Part shown: positions 9,048 through 17,805 of the stretch, one piece after another
Layout of the letters: each line of letters starts with the position of its first letter
Position numbering within the stretch: position 1 is the stretch's first letter
NCBI GenBank assembly: GCA_017557865.1
Contig: JAFYXW010000006.1
Span: 21,553-85,552 of the forward strand
Source: Candidatus Saccharimonadota bacterium
Lineage (GTDB): Bacteria > Patescibacteriota > Saccharimonadia > Saccharimonadales > Saccharimonadaceae
Length of the DNA: 64,000 bases
Direction: 5' to 3'
Notes under the pieces: model-generated
The model's database searches: none
What the model saw: only the letters and a program-made list of their open reading frames with translations
What the model was told of the DNA's origin: nothing
Position numbers and translations under genes: made by a program

Positions 9048-9052
9048 AATAT

Positions 9053-9439
9053 ATGGCTAGAATAGCTAGCGTTGTGATTCCTTCCGATAAGCAAGTGTGG
9101 ATTGCACTTACTTACGTTTATGGTATTGGAAGAACAACATCTAAAGCCATCCTTGCGGAGGCTAAAATCGAGCCTACCACTCGGGTGAAAGATCTCACCG
9201 AGGCTGACGAACAAAAAATTAACGACATTATTTCCGCGAAATATCATGTTGAAGGTGATTTGCGTCGACTCGTGAGCAATAATATTAAACGCTTAAAGGA
9301 TATCAATTCTTATAAAGGTATCCGCCACAAGGCTAAATTACCAGTCAACGGCCAACGTACTCGTACGAATGCACGTACACGTAAGGGTAAGGCGATCGCG
9401 GTCGGTGGTGCACAACCAAAAGCAGCAAGTAAAACTTAG
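9053..9439 (+). CDS. rpsM: 30S ribosomal protein S13
   Basis: [10 protein letters not shown]…[12 protein letters not shown]…; conserved position in the alpha operon. Confidence 0.95.
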   Translation: MARIASVVIPSDKQVWIALTYVYGIGRTTSKAILAEAKIEPTTRVKDLTEADEQKINDIISAKYHVEGDLRRLVSNNIKRLKDINSYKGIRHKAKLPVNGQRTRTNARTRKGKAIAVGGAQPKAASKT

Positions 9440-9451
9440 GAGTAAAATAAC

Positions 9452-9883
9452 ATGGCAGAAGAAGAAATTAAAACTACTGAAGCAGTTGTTGAAGCTCCAA
9501 AAGCTACTAAGGCTGCTAAAAAAGGTAAACGCATCGTTAATGCGGGCGCGGTTCATATCCAAGCTACCTTTAACAACACTATCGTTAGTGTTACCGATAA
9601 AAAAGGCGAAGTGCTCGCTGCCTCTTCCGCTGGTGCCAATGGCTTCCGCGGTTCAAAGAAAGGTACAGCATTTGCAGCTGGCGTAGCTGCTGAGAAAGCC
9701 TTGGAAATTGCAAAGAAAAATCACGCTCTAAATTCTGTAGACGTGTATGTATCTGGTATCGGTCTTGGCCGTGATGCCGCTATTCGCGCAGTTTCTACCG
9801 TAGGTATCAAGATTGATAGTATTACTGATGTAACCCCGGTTGCACATGGTGGTGTGCGTCCGAAGGGAGAAAGGAAACCGTAA
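9452..9883 (+). CDS. rpsK: 30S ribosomal protein S11
   Basis: …HIQATFNNTIVSVTDKKGEVLAASSAG…FRGSKKGTAFAA…; SD GGAG upstream. Confidence 0.95.
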   Translation: MAEEEIKTTEAVVEAPKATKAAKKGKRIVNAGAVHIQATFNNTIVSVTDKKGEVLAASSAGANGFRGSKKGTAFAAGVAAEKALEIAKKNHALNSVDVYVSGIGLGRDAAIRAVSTVGIKIDSITDVTPVAHGGVRPKGERKP

Positions 9884-10500
9884 TGGCACGTGATCATTCT
9901 CCAATTGTAAAACAGAGCCGTCGTGAAGGTTACGCTCTTGCGCCAAAAGCACACAAAGTAATGGCCAAAAAATCTGGTATTCCAGGTGAACATGGTGATA
10001 TGCGTGTACGTGGCGGTAGCCTATACCTTACACAGCTTCGCGAAAAGCAAAAAGTTCGCCGTACTTATGGCCTACTCGAAAAGCAATTCGCAAAACTTAT
10101 GAAAGAAGCTCAGAAGGCTGATGGTCTAACTGGTGAAAAACTTCTAGAATTCCTAGAAAGAAGGGCAGACAACGTAATTTTCCGCGCTGGTTTTGCTCTA
10201 ACTCGCCGTCAGGCTCGCCAACTAGTTTCTCATGGACATTTTCTATTGAACGGTAAAAGAATTGATATTCCTTCAATTCGTTTGACCCCGGGTGATGTTC
10301 TAGAGGTTCGTCCAAAATCAGGTAAAACTGAATATTTCAAGAATCTTCCAAATATCATCGGTGCTTCAAGTGCAACGCCACTTTCATGGATGAAGGTCGA
10401 CGCGAAGAAAATGAAAATCGAAATTACTGCATTGCCAAAGCGCGAAGAAGCTGAGGCTGGTATTAATGAACAACTAATCGTTGAGTATTACTCACGCTAA
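9883..10500 (+). CDS. rpsD: 30S ribosomal protein S4
   Basis: S4 N-terminal domain plus an S4 RNA-binding domain (…[38 protein letters not shown]…). Confidence 0.95.
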   Translation: [205 protein letters not shown]

Positions 10501-10511
10501 GGAGAACATAA

Positions 10512-11465
10512 ATGACTACAAAAAACATTCACGAAGCAAATTTAGCTGAAGTCAAAGAATTAAGCGAAACCAGTGCAGAGTTTGTAATCCGCCCACTTTA
10601 CTATGGGTATGGTAACACTCTCGGTAACTCTCTTCGCCGCGTTCTCCTTTCTAGCGTAAAAGGTGCAGCTATCACTGCCTTTTCGATTGAAGGTTCCTCT
10701 CACGAGTATGCAGCTATCCCAGGTGTCCGCGAAGATGTAGTGGATATCATGCTAAATCTCAAAAACATTCGTTTTAAGATGCATACTGATACTCCAGTAG
10801 AACTTGATCTCGAGATCAAAGGCGACAAACAATCTTCTGAAAAAGATGGCGAAAAACGCGTAGTGGCTGGCGATATCAAACTTCCTTCCGAAGTAGAAAT
10901 TGCTAACCCAAATCAAGTAATTTGTCACATTGATGATCCAAAGTTTGTTCTAAAAATGCACTTTGTAGTAGAGACCGGTCGTGGTTACCTCACGATTGAG
11001 CGCTCTTCTGAAGAACGCATTCACTCGGATATGATTGCAATTGATGCAGTCTTTACCCCAGTTCTACGTGTTCGCTACAAAGTAGAGAATACTCGTGTTG
11101 GTCAAGATACTAACCTTCAACAACTTACCCTCACTGTCGATACCGATGGCACTATTACGCCAAAGGAAGCCTTTGAGGAAGCTGCTGCTATCCTTGTAAA
11201 CCAATATACTGCGCTTGCAGGTAGCACCAAGGTTGAATCTACCCCAGCACCTGGCACGAGCGAAGAAGATGATGAATCTGGTTTGATGCTTCCTATTGAA
11301 GAATTAGACCTTTCTGCTCGTACGGCTAACGCTCTTCTTAATAACGATATTAAGACTGTACGTGACCTCGTAATGCTCTCTGAGACTGATCTCAAAGATC
11401 TTAAAGGTTTTGGTACTAAAGCGTTAGACGAAGTTAAAGAAAAGTTAACGGAGTTAAATATTTAA
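10512..11465 (+). CDS. rpoA: DNA-directed RNA polymerase subunit alpha
   Basis: NTD (…GNTLGNSLRRVLLSS…) and a CTD helix-hairpin-helix (…LDLSARTANALLNNDIKTVRDL…); SD AAGGAG upstream. Confidence 0.95.
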   Translation: MTTKNIHEANLAEVKELSETSAEFVIRPLYYGYGNTLGNSLRRVLLSSVKGAAITAFSIEGSSHEYAAIPGVREDVVDIMLNLKNIRFKMHTDTPVELDLEIKGDKQSSEKDGEKRVVAGDIKLPSEVEIANPNQVICHIDDPKFVLKMHFVVETGRGYLTIERSSEERIHSDMIAIDAVFTPVLRVRYKVENTRVGQDTNLQQLTLTVDTDGTITPKEAFEEAAAILVNQYTALAGSTKVESTPAPGTSEEDDESGLMLPIEELDLSARTANALLNNDIKTVRDLVMLSETDLKDLKGFGTKALDEVKEKLTELNI

Positions 11466-11466
11466 T

Positions 11467-11922
11467 ATGCATCGTCACGGATACAAAGGCCGCAAGTTCG
11501 GCCGCGAAACCGACCAGAGGTTGGCGCTCACCCGTGGGTTGATGTGCTCTCTGATCAAATATCAAAGTATTACCACGACTCTTGCACGTGCAAAAGAAAT
11601 CCGTCGTTCTACTGAAAAGTTGATTACGATGGCTAAAAAAGGTGGTCTTTCTAACCGCCGTCTAATCATTGCACGTCTTAATGACCTTGAAACTGCAACC
11701 CTTCTTATCGATGTGATTGCTCCTCAGGTTAAAAGAGATTCTGGTTACCTCAAAATTGAACATGCAGGATTCCGCCGCGGTGACAATTCTGAAATGGGAA
11801 CCATTAGCTTTGTAGATGAAATTTCTATCGAAGCTCCTAAGAAAGAAGAGAAACCTGCTGCTAAGCCTGCTGCTAAAAAGCCAGCTGCAAAGAAGCCAGC
11901 TGCTAAAAAGGAGGCTAAATAA
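11467..11922 (+). CDS. rplQ: 50S ribosomal protein L17 with a Lys/Ala/Pro-rich C-terminal tail
   Basis: L17 core (MHRHGYKGRKFGR…) followed by EKPAAKPAAKKPAAKKPAAKKEAK. Confidence 0.93.
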   Translation: MHRHGYKGRKFGRETDQRLALTRGLMCSLIKYQSITTTLARAKEIRRSTEKLITMAKKGGLSNRRLIIARLNDLETATLLIDVIAPQVKRDSGYLKIEHAGFRRGDNSEMGTISFVDEISIEAPKKEEKPAAKPAAKKPAAKKPAAKKEAK

Positions 11923-12347
11923 TGAAAACTTATAGTCTAAAAGCTTCAGAAATTAGCCGCGAATGGTGGATTATCGACGCTTCCACTTTGCCACTAGGCA
12001 AATTGGCTGTCGTTATCGCCGACAAGTTGATGGGCAAATCTAAAGTTACTTACACTCCACACATTGATAACGGTGACTATGTTGTCGTAATCAATGCCAA
12101 GAACTTGAAAGTAACTGGCGAAAAAATGACCCAGAAAAAGTATTATCGCCATAGTGGTTTTCCAGGTGGCCTCACCGAGCTTAAACTCGAGGAAGTTATC
12201 GAAAAGAACCCAGCTGTTGCGATTAATGAAGCAGTAAAGGGAATGCTCCCAAAGAATAAACTATCTGCTGATAGAATGAGCCGCCTACGCGTCTTTGATG
12301 GCGCTGAGCACGCTCACGCTGCACAGAATCCAAAGGAGATTAAGTAA
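11922..12347 (+). CDS. rplM: 50S ribosomal protein L13
   Basis: …REWWIIDASTLPLGKLAVVIADKLMGK…YYRHSGFPGG…. Confidence 0.95.
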   Translation: MKTYSLKASEISREWWIIDASTLPLGKLAVVIADKLMGKSKVTYTPHIDNGDYVVVINAKNLKVTGEKMTQKKYYRHSGFPGGLTELKLEEVIEKNPAVAINEAVKGMLPKNKLSADRMSRLRVFDGAEHAHAAQNPKEIK

Positions 12348-12745
12348 TGGCAACGAAGAAATACACTTACGGTCTTGGTCGCCGCAAATCTGCTACTGCT
12401 ACCGCTCGTCTTTATAAAGGTAAAGGTGAAATCACTATCAACGATAAGCCAGCGCTAGATTATTTATCTGGTAACAAGACTTATCTTGCTGAAATTACCG
12501 ACCCTTTGGCACTTGCCGGTAAGCAAAAAGAATATGATATCACTATCCTTGTAAAAGGTGGTGGTCTTGCAGGCCAAGTAGACGCTATTAAGCTCGCAAT
12601 TTCTAAAGCTCTCGTTACTGAGGCTCCAGATCTTCGCGCAGTTCTAAAGAAAGCTGGCTTTACTTCACGCGATCCACGCGAAAAGGAACGCAAGAAATAC
12701 GGCCTTCGCTCTGCTCGTAAGAAAGAACAATTCAGCAAGCGTTAA
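12347..12745 (+). CDS. rpsI: 30S ribosomal protein S9
   Basis: …GLGRRKSATATARL…GGGLAGQVDAIKLAISKAL…RDPREKERKKYGLRSARK…. Confidence 0.95.
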   Translation: MATKKYTYGLGRRKSATATARLYKGKGEITINDKPALDYLSGNKTYLAEITDPLALAGKQKEYDITILVKGGGLAGQVDAIKLAISKALVTEAPDLRAVLKKAGFTSRDPREKERKKYGLRSARKKEQFSKR

Positions 12746-12766
12746 AACAGTCAAAAAGTACCCATT

Positions 12767-12871
12767 GGGGCCGCGTCCATCCGGCCCGTCGCCACGGGCG
12801 GATGGCGCTAATTCTTCGCTTCGCTCACGCGTCCCAAGGGGCGAACGCGCTGCCGCGCTCCGAAATGCCCC
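12767..12871. repeat. GC-rich structured repeat, copy B (105 nt = copy A + a 30-nt nested module) inside a copy-specific inverted repeat (12748-12891)
   Basis: It has the same termini as copy A (GGGGCCGCGTCC… …CGCGCTGCCGCGCTCCGAAATGCCCC) plus the extra TCGCTTCGCTCACGCGTCCCAAGGGGCGAA at 12816-12845. Flanks: CAGTCAAAAAGTACC… / …GGTACTTTTTTGACTG. Confidence 0.8.
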
Positions 12872-12965
12872 AACAGGTACTTTTTTGACTGTCTTAACAT
12901 TTTATGATATAATAATATCTGTGAGGGGAGGTTCAAGGACATTAAAATGAAAGAGAGGTAACTTT

Positions 12966-13694
12966 ATGATCGATAGAAAAGTCGCAAAGAATATTTGGAA
13001 AACATATGAAACATTTTTGGATATGACCTTTAGAATTGAAGAAGGGCATCAATACTTTAGATTTGCTAAAGACTTCAAAGAATTCGACAAAGAAGACAAG
13101 GCCGGTATTTTTTATGAGCGTGGTCAAAGTCTGGTTGAACGTCAGGCTAATATTGTACTGTTAAACGACTTGTTCGCGTCAAATTTCCCGTGTTTTTATA
13201 ATTCAAAAGAACTGTCGGCGAAAAACATTCCGTCTATATGGACACTTTCGACATTGGCTTTAATTCAGGGTCTATACGACGGCAAGAATCCAACTAAGTT
13301 AGAGAAATTCGTTCGCAGTGGTTTCTATTCAGAAGATGCCAACGCAATTCTGTCTGAATTCGAGGACTTTAAAACACGTACTGGTAGTTTGGCGAATGGA
13401 CTCTTTGCTTTGCACGAGATAGAACAGGTTTTGACGCTGCTTTATCTTGAAAAAAACGGAGTAATGCTTGGACAGGATTTTAGTAGAACCACGGCAATTT
13501 ATGCCGATTATAGAATTAAGGTAGTCATTGCCACTAGCCATCCTGTAGATTGTGCGGCAGCGCACGCCAAAATGGTCTTTAACAGGATTAATTTGCCCGC
13601 ATCCATCAAAGAACCGATTTACGCAGTACTTACCGAAGCGGTGCTTGACGTACGCGGTAAGAAGTTCGTATGGTGGAACCGATTAAACGACTAA
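12966..13694 (+). CDS. Hypothetical protein (orphan, no recognised domain)
   Basis: A 242-aa ORF with its own TGaTATAAT promoter-like box (12904-12912), an SD-like AGAGAGG and a downstream hairpin terminator. I recognise no family motif. Confidence 0.55.
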   Translation: MIDRKVAKNIWKTYETFLDMTFRIEEGHQYFRFAKDFKEFDKEDKAGIFYERGQSLVERQANIVLLNDLFASNFPCFYNSKELSAKNIPSIWTLSTLALIQGLYDGKNPTKLEKFVRSGFYSEDANAILSEFEDFKTRTGSLANGLFALHEIEQVLTLLYLEKNGVMLGQDFSRTTAIYADYRIKVVIATSHPVDCAAAHAKMVFNRINLPASIKEPIYAVLTEAVLDVRGKKFVWWNRLND

Positions 13695-13718
13695 AACCTC
13701 TCATCACAAACAAAATAT

Positions 13719-13741
13719 CCTCCTTTAGCAGGAGGTTTTTT
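13719..13741 (+). terminator. Rho-independent terminator after the orphan gene
   Basis: CCTCC-TTTAGCA-GGAGG followed by TTTTTT. Confidence 0.7.
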
Positions 13742-13742
13742 G

Positions 13743-13751
13743 TGGTATAAT
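13743..13751 (+). promoter_or_regulatory. Extended -10 box 8 nt upstream of the mature 5' end of tRNA-Ala(CGC)
   Basis: TGgTATAAT (13743-13751); the tRNA starts at 13760, so the predicted 5' leader is only about 1-3 nt. Confidence 0.5.
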
Positions 13752-13759
13752 AATCTTAT

Positions 13760-13835
13760 GGGGCGTTAGCTCAGCTGATAGAGCGCGGCATTCGCATTGC
13801 CGAGGTCAGGAGTTTGATTCTCCTACGCTCCACCA
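13760..13835 (+). tRNA. tRNA-Ala (anticodon CGC)
   Basis: The 76-nt cloverleaf was folded by hand: acceptor GGGGCGT/ACGCTCC with G3:U70, anticodon loop TTCGCAT, T-loop TTTGATT, encoded CCA. Confidence 0.9.
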
Positions 13836-13851
13836 TCTAAGGTATTCGTAA

Positions 13852-14229
13852 ATGAATTTAATTGATTATAAAAAGCTGATCGATAATAAGCCAATACATA
13901 TTGCTACGGTTGGCGAAGATAATAAACCTAACCTTTCGGTTGCGTCCGACGTAAAAGTTTTAGGCGAAAATGAGATCATTGTTTCTGCTAATGAGATGAG
14001 CAACACGCAAAAGAATATACAATACAATCCAAATGTAGTAGTAACTGCTTTTGATGAAAATTGGTCCGGGTTAAGGATGTTTGGCGAAGCAAAATACTAT
14101 ACCGACGGAGAATACTACGATTTTTGTTTGAAAGAGTTTTTCTCTAATGGGCAAGTGACTCCATTTGGCGCCACAAAACCAAAGGGCGCGATTGTCATAA
14201 CTGCAAAAAGAATTGAAGAATACAAATAA
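13852..14229 (+). CDS. Pyridoxamine 5'-phosphate oxidase-like (split-barrel FMN-binding) family protein
   Basis: A 125-aa protein: …IHIATVGEDNKPNLSVASDVKVLGENEIIVSANEMSNTQKNIQYNPNV…, typical of small PNPOx-like proteins. Confidence 0.6.
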   Translation: MNLIDYKKLIDNKPIHIATVGEDNKPNLSVASDVKVLGENEIIVSANEMSNTQKNIQYNPNVVVTAFDENWSGLRMFGEAKYYTDGEYYDFCLKEFFSNGQVTPFGATKPKGAIVITAKRIEEYK

Positions 14230-14262
14230 AAAAAGACGCGGCGAAAAACCGCATCTTTTTTG
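14228..14262. terminator. Bidirectional terminator between the convergent PNPOx-like gene and glyA
   Basis: AAAAAAAGACGCGG-CGAAAAA-CCGCATCTTTTTT: an imperfect hairpin flanked by an A-run and a T-run. Confidence 0.6.
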
Positions 14263-14267
14263 TGTTT

Positions 14268-15641
14268 CTAGATACCTGGGACAGGGAATTTGAGGGCGAG
14301 GGCGCGGACTTCTTTGTGGATGGTTTCGAGCTCGGCAGAATAGTTGTCGAGATTTTCTTCAGAGCCAGCCTCGGCACAAATGTCGGCGACTTTTTTCATC
14401 CAGCCAGCTAGGATCTTCATCTCTTTTTTGCCTAGGCCCCTGGTGGTGATAGCTGGAGTACCAAGACGTACGCCGGACGGGCGGAACGCACCGCCTTTGT
14501 CTGTAGCGATGGCGTTAGCATTCAGAGTAAGTCCCACCGTATCTAGTGCGCGCTCGTAGATTTTGCCGTCAAAGCCAAAACTTTCTACCATATTGGCGAG
14601 AATTAGGTGGTTTTCGGTGCCGCCACCCATTAGCACGAAGCCAAGATTCTTGAGCTCTTCGGCCAAGGTTTTGGCGTTTTCGACTACGTTTTTGGCATAT
14701 TTCTTGAACTCTGGTTTTAGGTCTTCGCCAAAGGCCACGGCCCTGGCTGCAATAATGTGCTCTAGCGGTCCACCCTGGGTGCCAGGGAACACGGCACGGT
14801 CAATTAGGATAGGAATATTCTTTAGAGTCTTTTCTGGTTTTTTGAGTGGGGAAGCGACGTTCCCTTTTGAAAGAATCACGCCACCACGTGGGCCACGCAA
14901 AGTCTTGTGGGTGGTAGTGGTCATCACGTCAAAACCATGGTCTAGTGGATTCGGATGAACACCGCCAGCGATTAGACCGGCCACGTGAGCCATGTCGGCC
15001 ATCAGCAATATTTCGTGTTTAAACTTTTTCTCGGCTTTTTTGCGGATTTTGGCGACGCGGTCAAAGTCTGGGATTTTCATAAAGGCAGAGTAGCCAACGA
15101 GCATGATTTTTGGATCGCATTCCAAGGCTTTTTCTTCAAAATCGTCATAATCGATGTCGCCGTCTTCTGTTACGCCGTAACCGACGAAATTATAAATATG
15201 AGCAGAAAGTGTGACCGGTGCACCATGGGTAAGGTGGCCGCCAGCTGGGAGCGACATGCCAAGTACAGTATCACCAGGTTCGAGCCAGGCATAGTAAACA
15301 GCATTATTGGCTTGCGCGCCAGAGTGTGGTTGGACGTTAGCGTGGTCGGCGTGGAAAAGACGACAAGCACGGTCAATCGCAATTCGTTCGATGCGGTCGA
15401 TATTGACCTGCCCGCCATAGTAACGGTAGTTTGGTAAAATTTCGGTGGCGATTTTTTCTTCGCTCCAACCCGGAACACCGTCAAAATATGGATAACCTTC
15501 GGAATATTTATTGGTAAGAATAGAACCCATCGCTTTTAACACTTCGGCAGAAACGCAGTTTTCGCTTGGGATTAGCTCTAACCCCTCGCTTTGGCGTTTC
15601 TTTTCATTATCGATTAGGTCAAATATTACATCTTCTTTCAT
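14268..15641 (-). CDS. glyA: Serine hydroxymethyltransferase
   Basis: …LELIPSENCVSAEVLKAMGS…; PLP-lysine motif TTTTHKTLRGPRGG. Confidence 0.93.
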   Translation of the reverse strand: MKEDVIFDLIDNEKKRQSEGLELIPSENCVSAEVLKAMGSILTNKYSEGYPYFDGVPGWSEEKIATEILPNYRYYGGQVNIDRIERIAIDRACRLFHADHANVQPHSGAQANNAVYYAWLEPGDTVLGMSLPAGGHLTHGAPVTLSAHIYNFVGYGVTEDGDIDYDDFEEKALECDPKIMLVGYSAFMKIPDFDRVAKIRKKAEKKFKHEILLMADMAHVAGLIAGGVHPNPLDHGFDVMTTTTHKTLRGPRGGVILSKGNVASPLKKPEKTLKNIPILIDRAVFPGTQGGPLEHIIAARAVAFGEDLKPEFKKYAKNVVENAKTLAEELKNLGFVLMGGGTENHLILANMVESFGFDGKIYERALDTVGLTLNANAIATDKGGAFRPSGVRLGTPAITTRGLGKKEMKILAGWMKKVADICAEAGSEENLDNYSAELETIHKEVRALALKFPVPGI

Positions 15642-15651
15642 AGTTTTCTCC

Positions 15652-16119
15652 TTATTTAGTGTATTTTACGAAGGTATATTCTATACCATTTTCGGAACCT
15701 TTCTTTATTATTGATTTTTTGTACTGAGATTTATCAAAATCAGGGAAAAATACGTCGGCGTTGGCCGCAGAGTCTACTTCTGTTAGATAGAGGTTTTTGG
15801 CGTAAGGCAAAAATGCAGCGTAAATGCTGCCGCCACCGATGATAAAAATTTCTTCGTCGGTGTCTTGATTTTCGGTAATGAATGATTCGATATCGGAAAT
15901 ATGTTCGTCTGCGCCTTCGACATCGTGTCTAGAAATCACGATATTGGTGCGGTCTTTGAGTTTGCCTGGAAGAGACTCCCAAGTTTTGCGGCCCATCACT
16001 ACTTTGTGGCCTAGAGTGGTTTCACGGAAATATTTCATGTCATCCTTGAGATGAAAAACCAAGTCTCCGTTTAATCCAAGCTCATTATTCTTACCAATTG
16101 CCGCGATAATACTGATCAT
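15652..16119 (-). CDS. folA: Dihydrofolate reductase
   Basis: MISIIAAIGKNNELGLNGDL…MGRKTWESLPGKL…IFIIGGGSIY. Confidence 0.9.
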   Translation of the reverse strand: MISIIAAIGKNNELGLNGDLVFHLKDDMKYFRETTLGHKVVMGRKTWESLPGKLKDRTNIVISRHDVEGADEHISDIESFITENQDTDEEIFIIGGGSIYAAFLPYAKNLYLTEVDSAANADVFFPDFDKSQYKKSIIKKGSENGIEYTFVKYTK

Positions 16120-16121
16120 CT

Positions 16122-17087
16122 TTACTCCGTAACCGGCATCTTGATAGTGCCGAGATTTTCGTAGTTTTCGAGTTTGATATCCTTTAGCTCGCGGGAGCTG
16201 TCGAAATCATAGAAATCCTTGACTTCTGGGTTGAGCCAGAGGGTTGGTGCTTTTGGCAGCGTGCCGTTTTTGACGGCTTCGTCGTATTTTTTGATTTGTT
16301 CTTTGATGCCATCAACTTGGTTCTCGTAAATGTGGGCATCATTGGTGATAAATGTCATTTGGCCCGGTTTGGCGCCAACAGAATGGGCGATTAAGTTGCA
16401 AAGTACAGCGTACTGGACGACGTTGAATGGTAGGCCTAGTGGGACGTCGGAAGAACGAGAGGTAACGAGGACGTTTAGGTGTCCGTCGATAAGGTTCCAC
16501 TGGGAATTCCAAACACAGGAAGGTAGCGCTGCGGTTTCTAGCCACTCATTTTGCCAGAGTGACAAGACCATGCGACGGTTGCCAGGGTTAGATTTTAGGG
16601 TTTCGATGAGATTATGAATAAGACCATATCGATTTACAATCCAGCCATAGGCAGTACCAATGGTGTGTGCAAAATCGGTTTTTGGTTCGTCTGGGTGTTT
16701 TTCGGCGAAGATTTTGTTGATGTTCCTGCCTTGATATTCGCCAGATTCGGAAATTTCCCATTCGTTCCAAATTTTGACATTTCTATCTTGGAGCCAGCGG
16801 ACGTCATTAGAAGCTTGTTGATAAATCCAGAGGATTTCAAGAACAGCAGTCTTAAAAGCAACTTTTTTGGAAACTAAAATAGGGAATTCTTCGGACAAAT
16901 CAAATTGTAAAACTTGATGTGGCAAACGGATGGTGCGAGCCTCGGACGAGCCTTGGGCGGTATGATCTGGTATAGCTGAAGCTACTTCCTTGCTGCGATT
17001 GTCTGATTTTTTGTAGTTGGTGATTTTTTCACCATGTTCTAGAATGCGCCGACAAAGGTCTATATATTGGTCGTCGAATTTGCTCAT
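16122..17087 (-). CDS. thyA: Thymidylate synthase (ThyA type)
   Basis: …RRMVLSLWQNEW…LPSCVWNSQW…SRSSDVPLGLPFNV…; adjacent to folA and glyA. Confidence 0.9.
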   Translation of the reverse strand: MSKFDDQYIDLCRRILEHGEKITNYKKSDNRSKEVASAIPDHTAQGSSEARTIRLPHQVLQFDLSEEFPILVSKKVAFKTAVLEILWIYQQASNDVRWLQDRNVKIWNEWEISESGEYQGRNINKIFAEKHPDEPKTDFAHTIGTAYGWIVNRYGLIHNLIETLKSNPGNRRMVLSLWQNEWLETAALPSCVWNSQWNLIDGHLNVLVTSRSSDVPLGLPFNVVQYAVLCNLIAHSVGAKPGQMTFITNDAHIYENQVDGIKEQIKKYDEAVKNGTLPKAPTLWLNPEVKDFYDFDSSRELKDIKLENYENLGTIKMPVTE

Positions 17088-17198
17088 TTTACCTCCGTTT
17101 TCTCTATTATAACACGGTGGTTTAGGGGTGCAAATATTGACTTTTTTGGCATTTTGTGCTATAATTATAAGATAAGGAGTTATTTGGGAGAAAACTCT

Positions 17199-17783
17199 AT
17201 GTTCAAAAGAATTTTGGCAATTTTTTTATTCAGTTCTCTATGGATGATATTACAGCCAGAACTTTTGACGGCTTCTAATCCTATAGTGGTGACCGGTCTT
17301 AATAATGCTGGTATTGTGGAAACTGTAATTCCGGAGCCAGAACCTGAGCCAATAATTGAGCCGGCGCCGGTTTACTATGCTCCAGTAGCGTATGTCCCAC
17401 AGGTAGCAAATTACACCGTGACGGCAAAGACGGCGGCGTTTGTTGCCGAGCCAAGCTACAGCGATATTTACATGACGAGAAAATTGATCTATGCGCACAA
17501 TTCTAGCGGTTTGATGGGGAATTTAGTCAATCGCTATGTGGGTGAGATTTTTACGATTACCGAAGGCGGCATTACGCGTAACTACCGTGTGATGGATATT
17601 CGAATTTATACTTTGACCGATGCTTATACTTTGAGCTTTGCTGGCGTTGGTTATAAAATGCTGGATACTGCCATTTCTGGCGCAAATGGTTACGATGTAG
17701 CACTCATGACTTGTTATGGGGCTTACAACGCATCACTTGGCACCAGTGGCCAAAGATTTTTCGTTTATGCAAATGCTGTGTAA
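17199..17783 (+). CDS. Sortase-like protein (divergent; His/Cys/Arg pattern)
   Basis: Start taken at MFKRILAIF… (SD and TGcTATAAT upstream); the 17067 start would overlap thyA. It has a signal/TM, a Pro/Glu linker, and IYAHNS … ALMTCYG … QRFFVYA. Confidence 0.5.
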   Translation: MFKRILAIFLFSSLWMILQPELLTASNPIVVTGLNNAGIVETVIPEPEPEPIIEPAPVYYAPVAYVPQVANYTVTAKTAAFVAEPSYSDIYMTRKLIYAHNSSGLMGNLVNRYVGEIFTITEGGITRNYRVMDIRIYTLTDAYTLSFAGVGYKMLDTAISGANGYDVALMTCYGAYNASLGTSGQRFFVYANAV

Positions 17784-17805
17784 GCTTTTGTGTTAAAATA
17801 AAAAT

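Noticed and set aside
12765-12950. A 61-aa ORF (MGPRPSGPSPRADG…) between rpsI and the orphan gene
   Set aside because: It is read straight through GC-rich repeat copy B. Its Pro/Arg/Gly/Ala-rich composition is simply the translation of the GC-rich element, there is no SD or promoter, and the equivalent region of copy A has no ORF.
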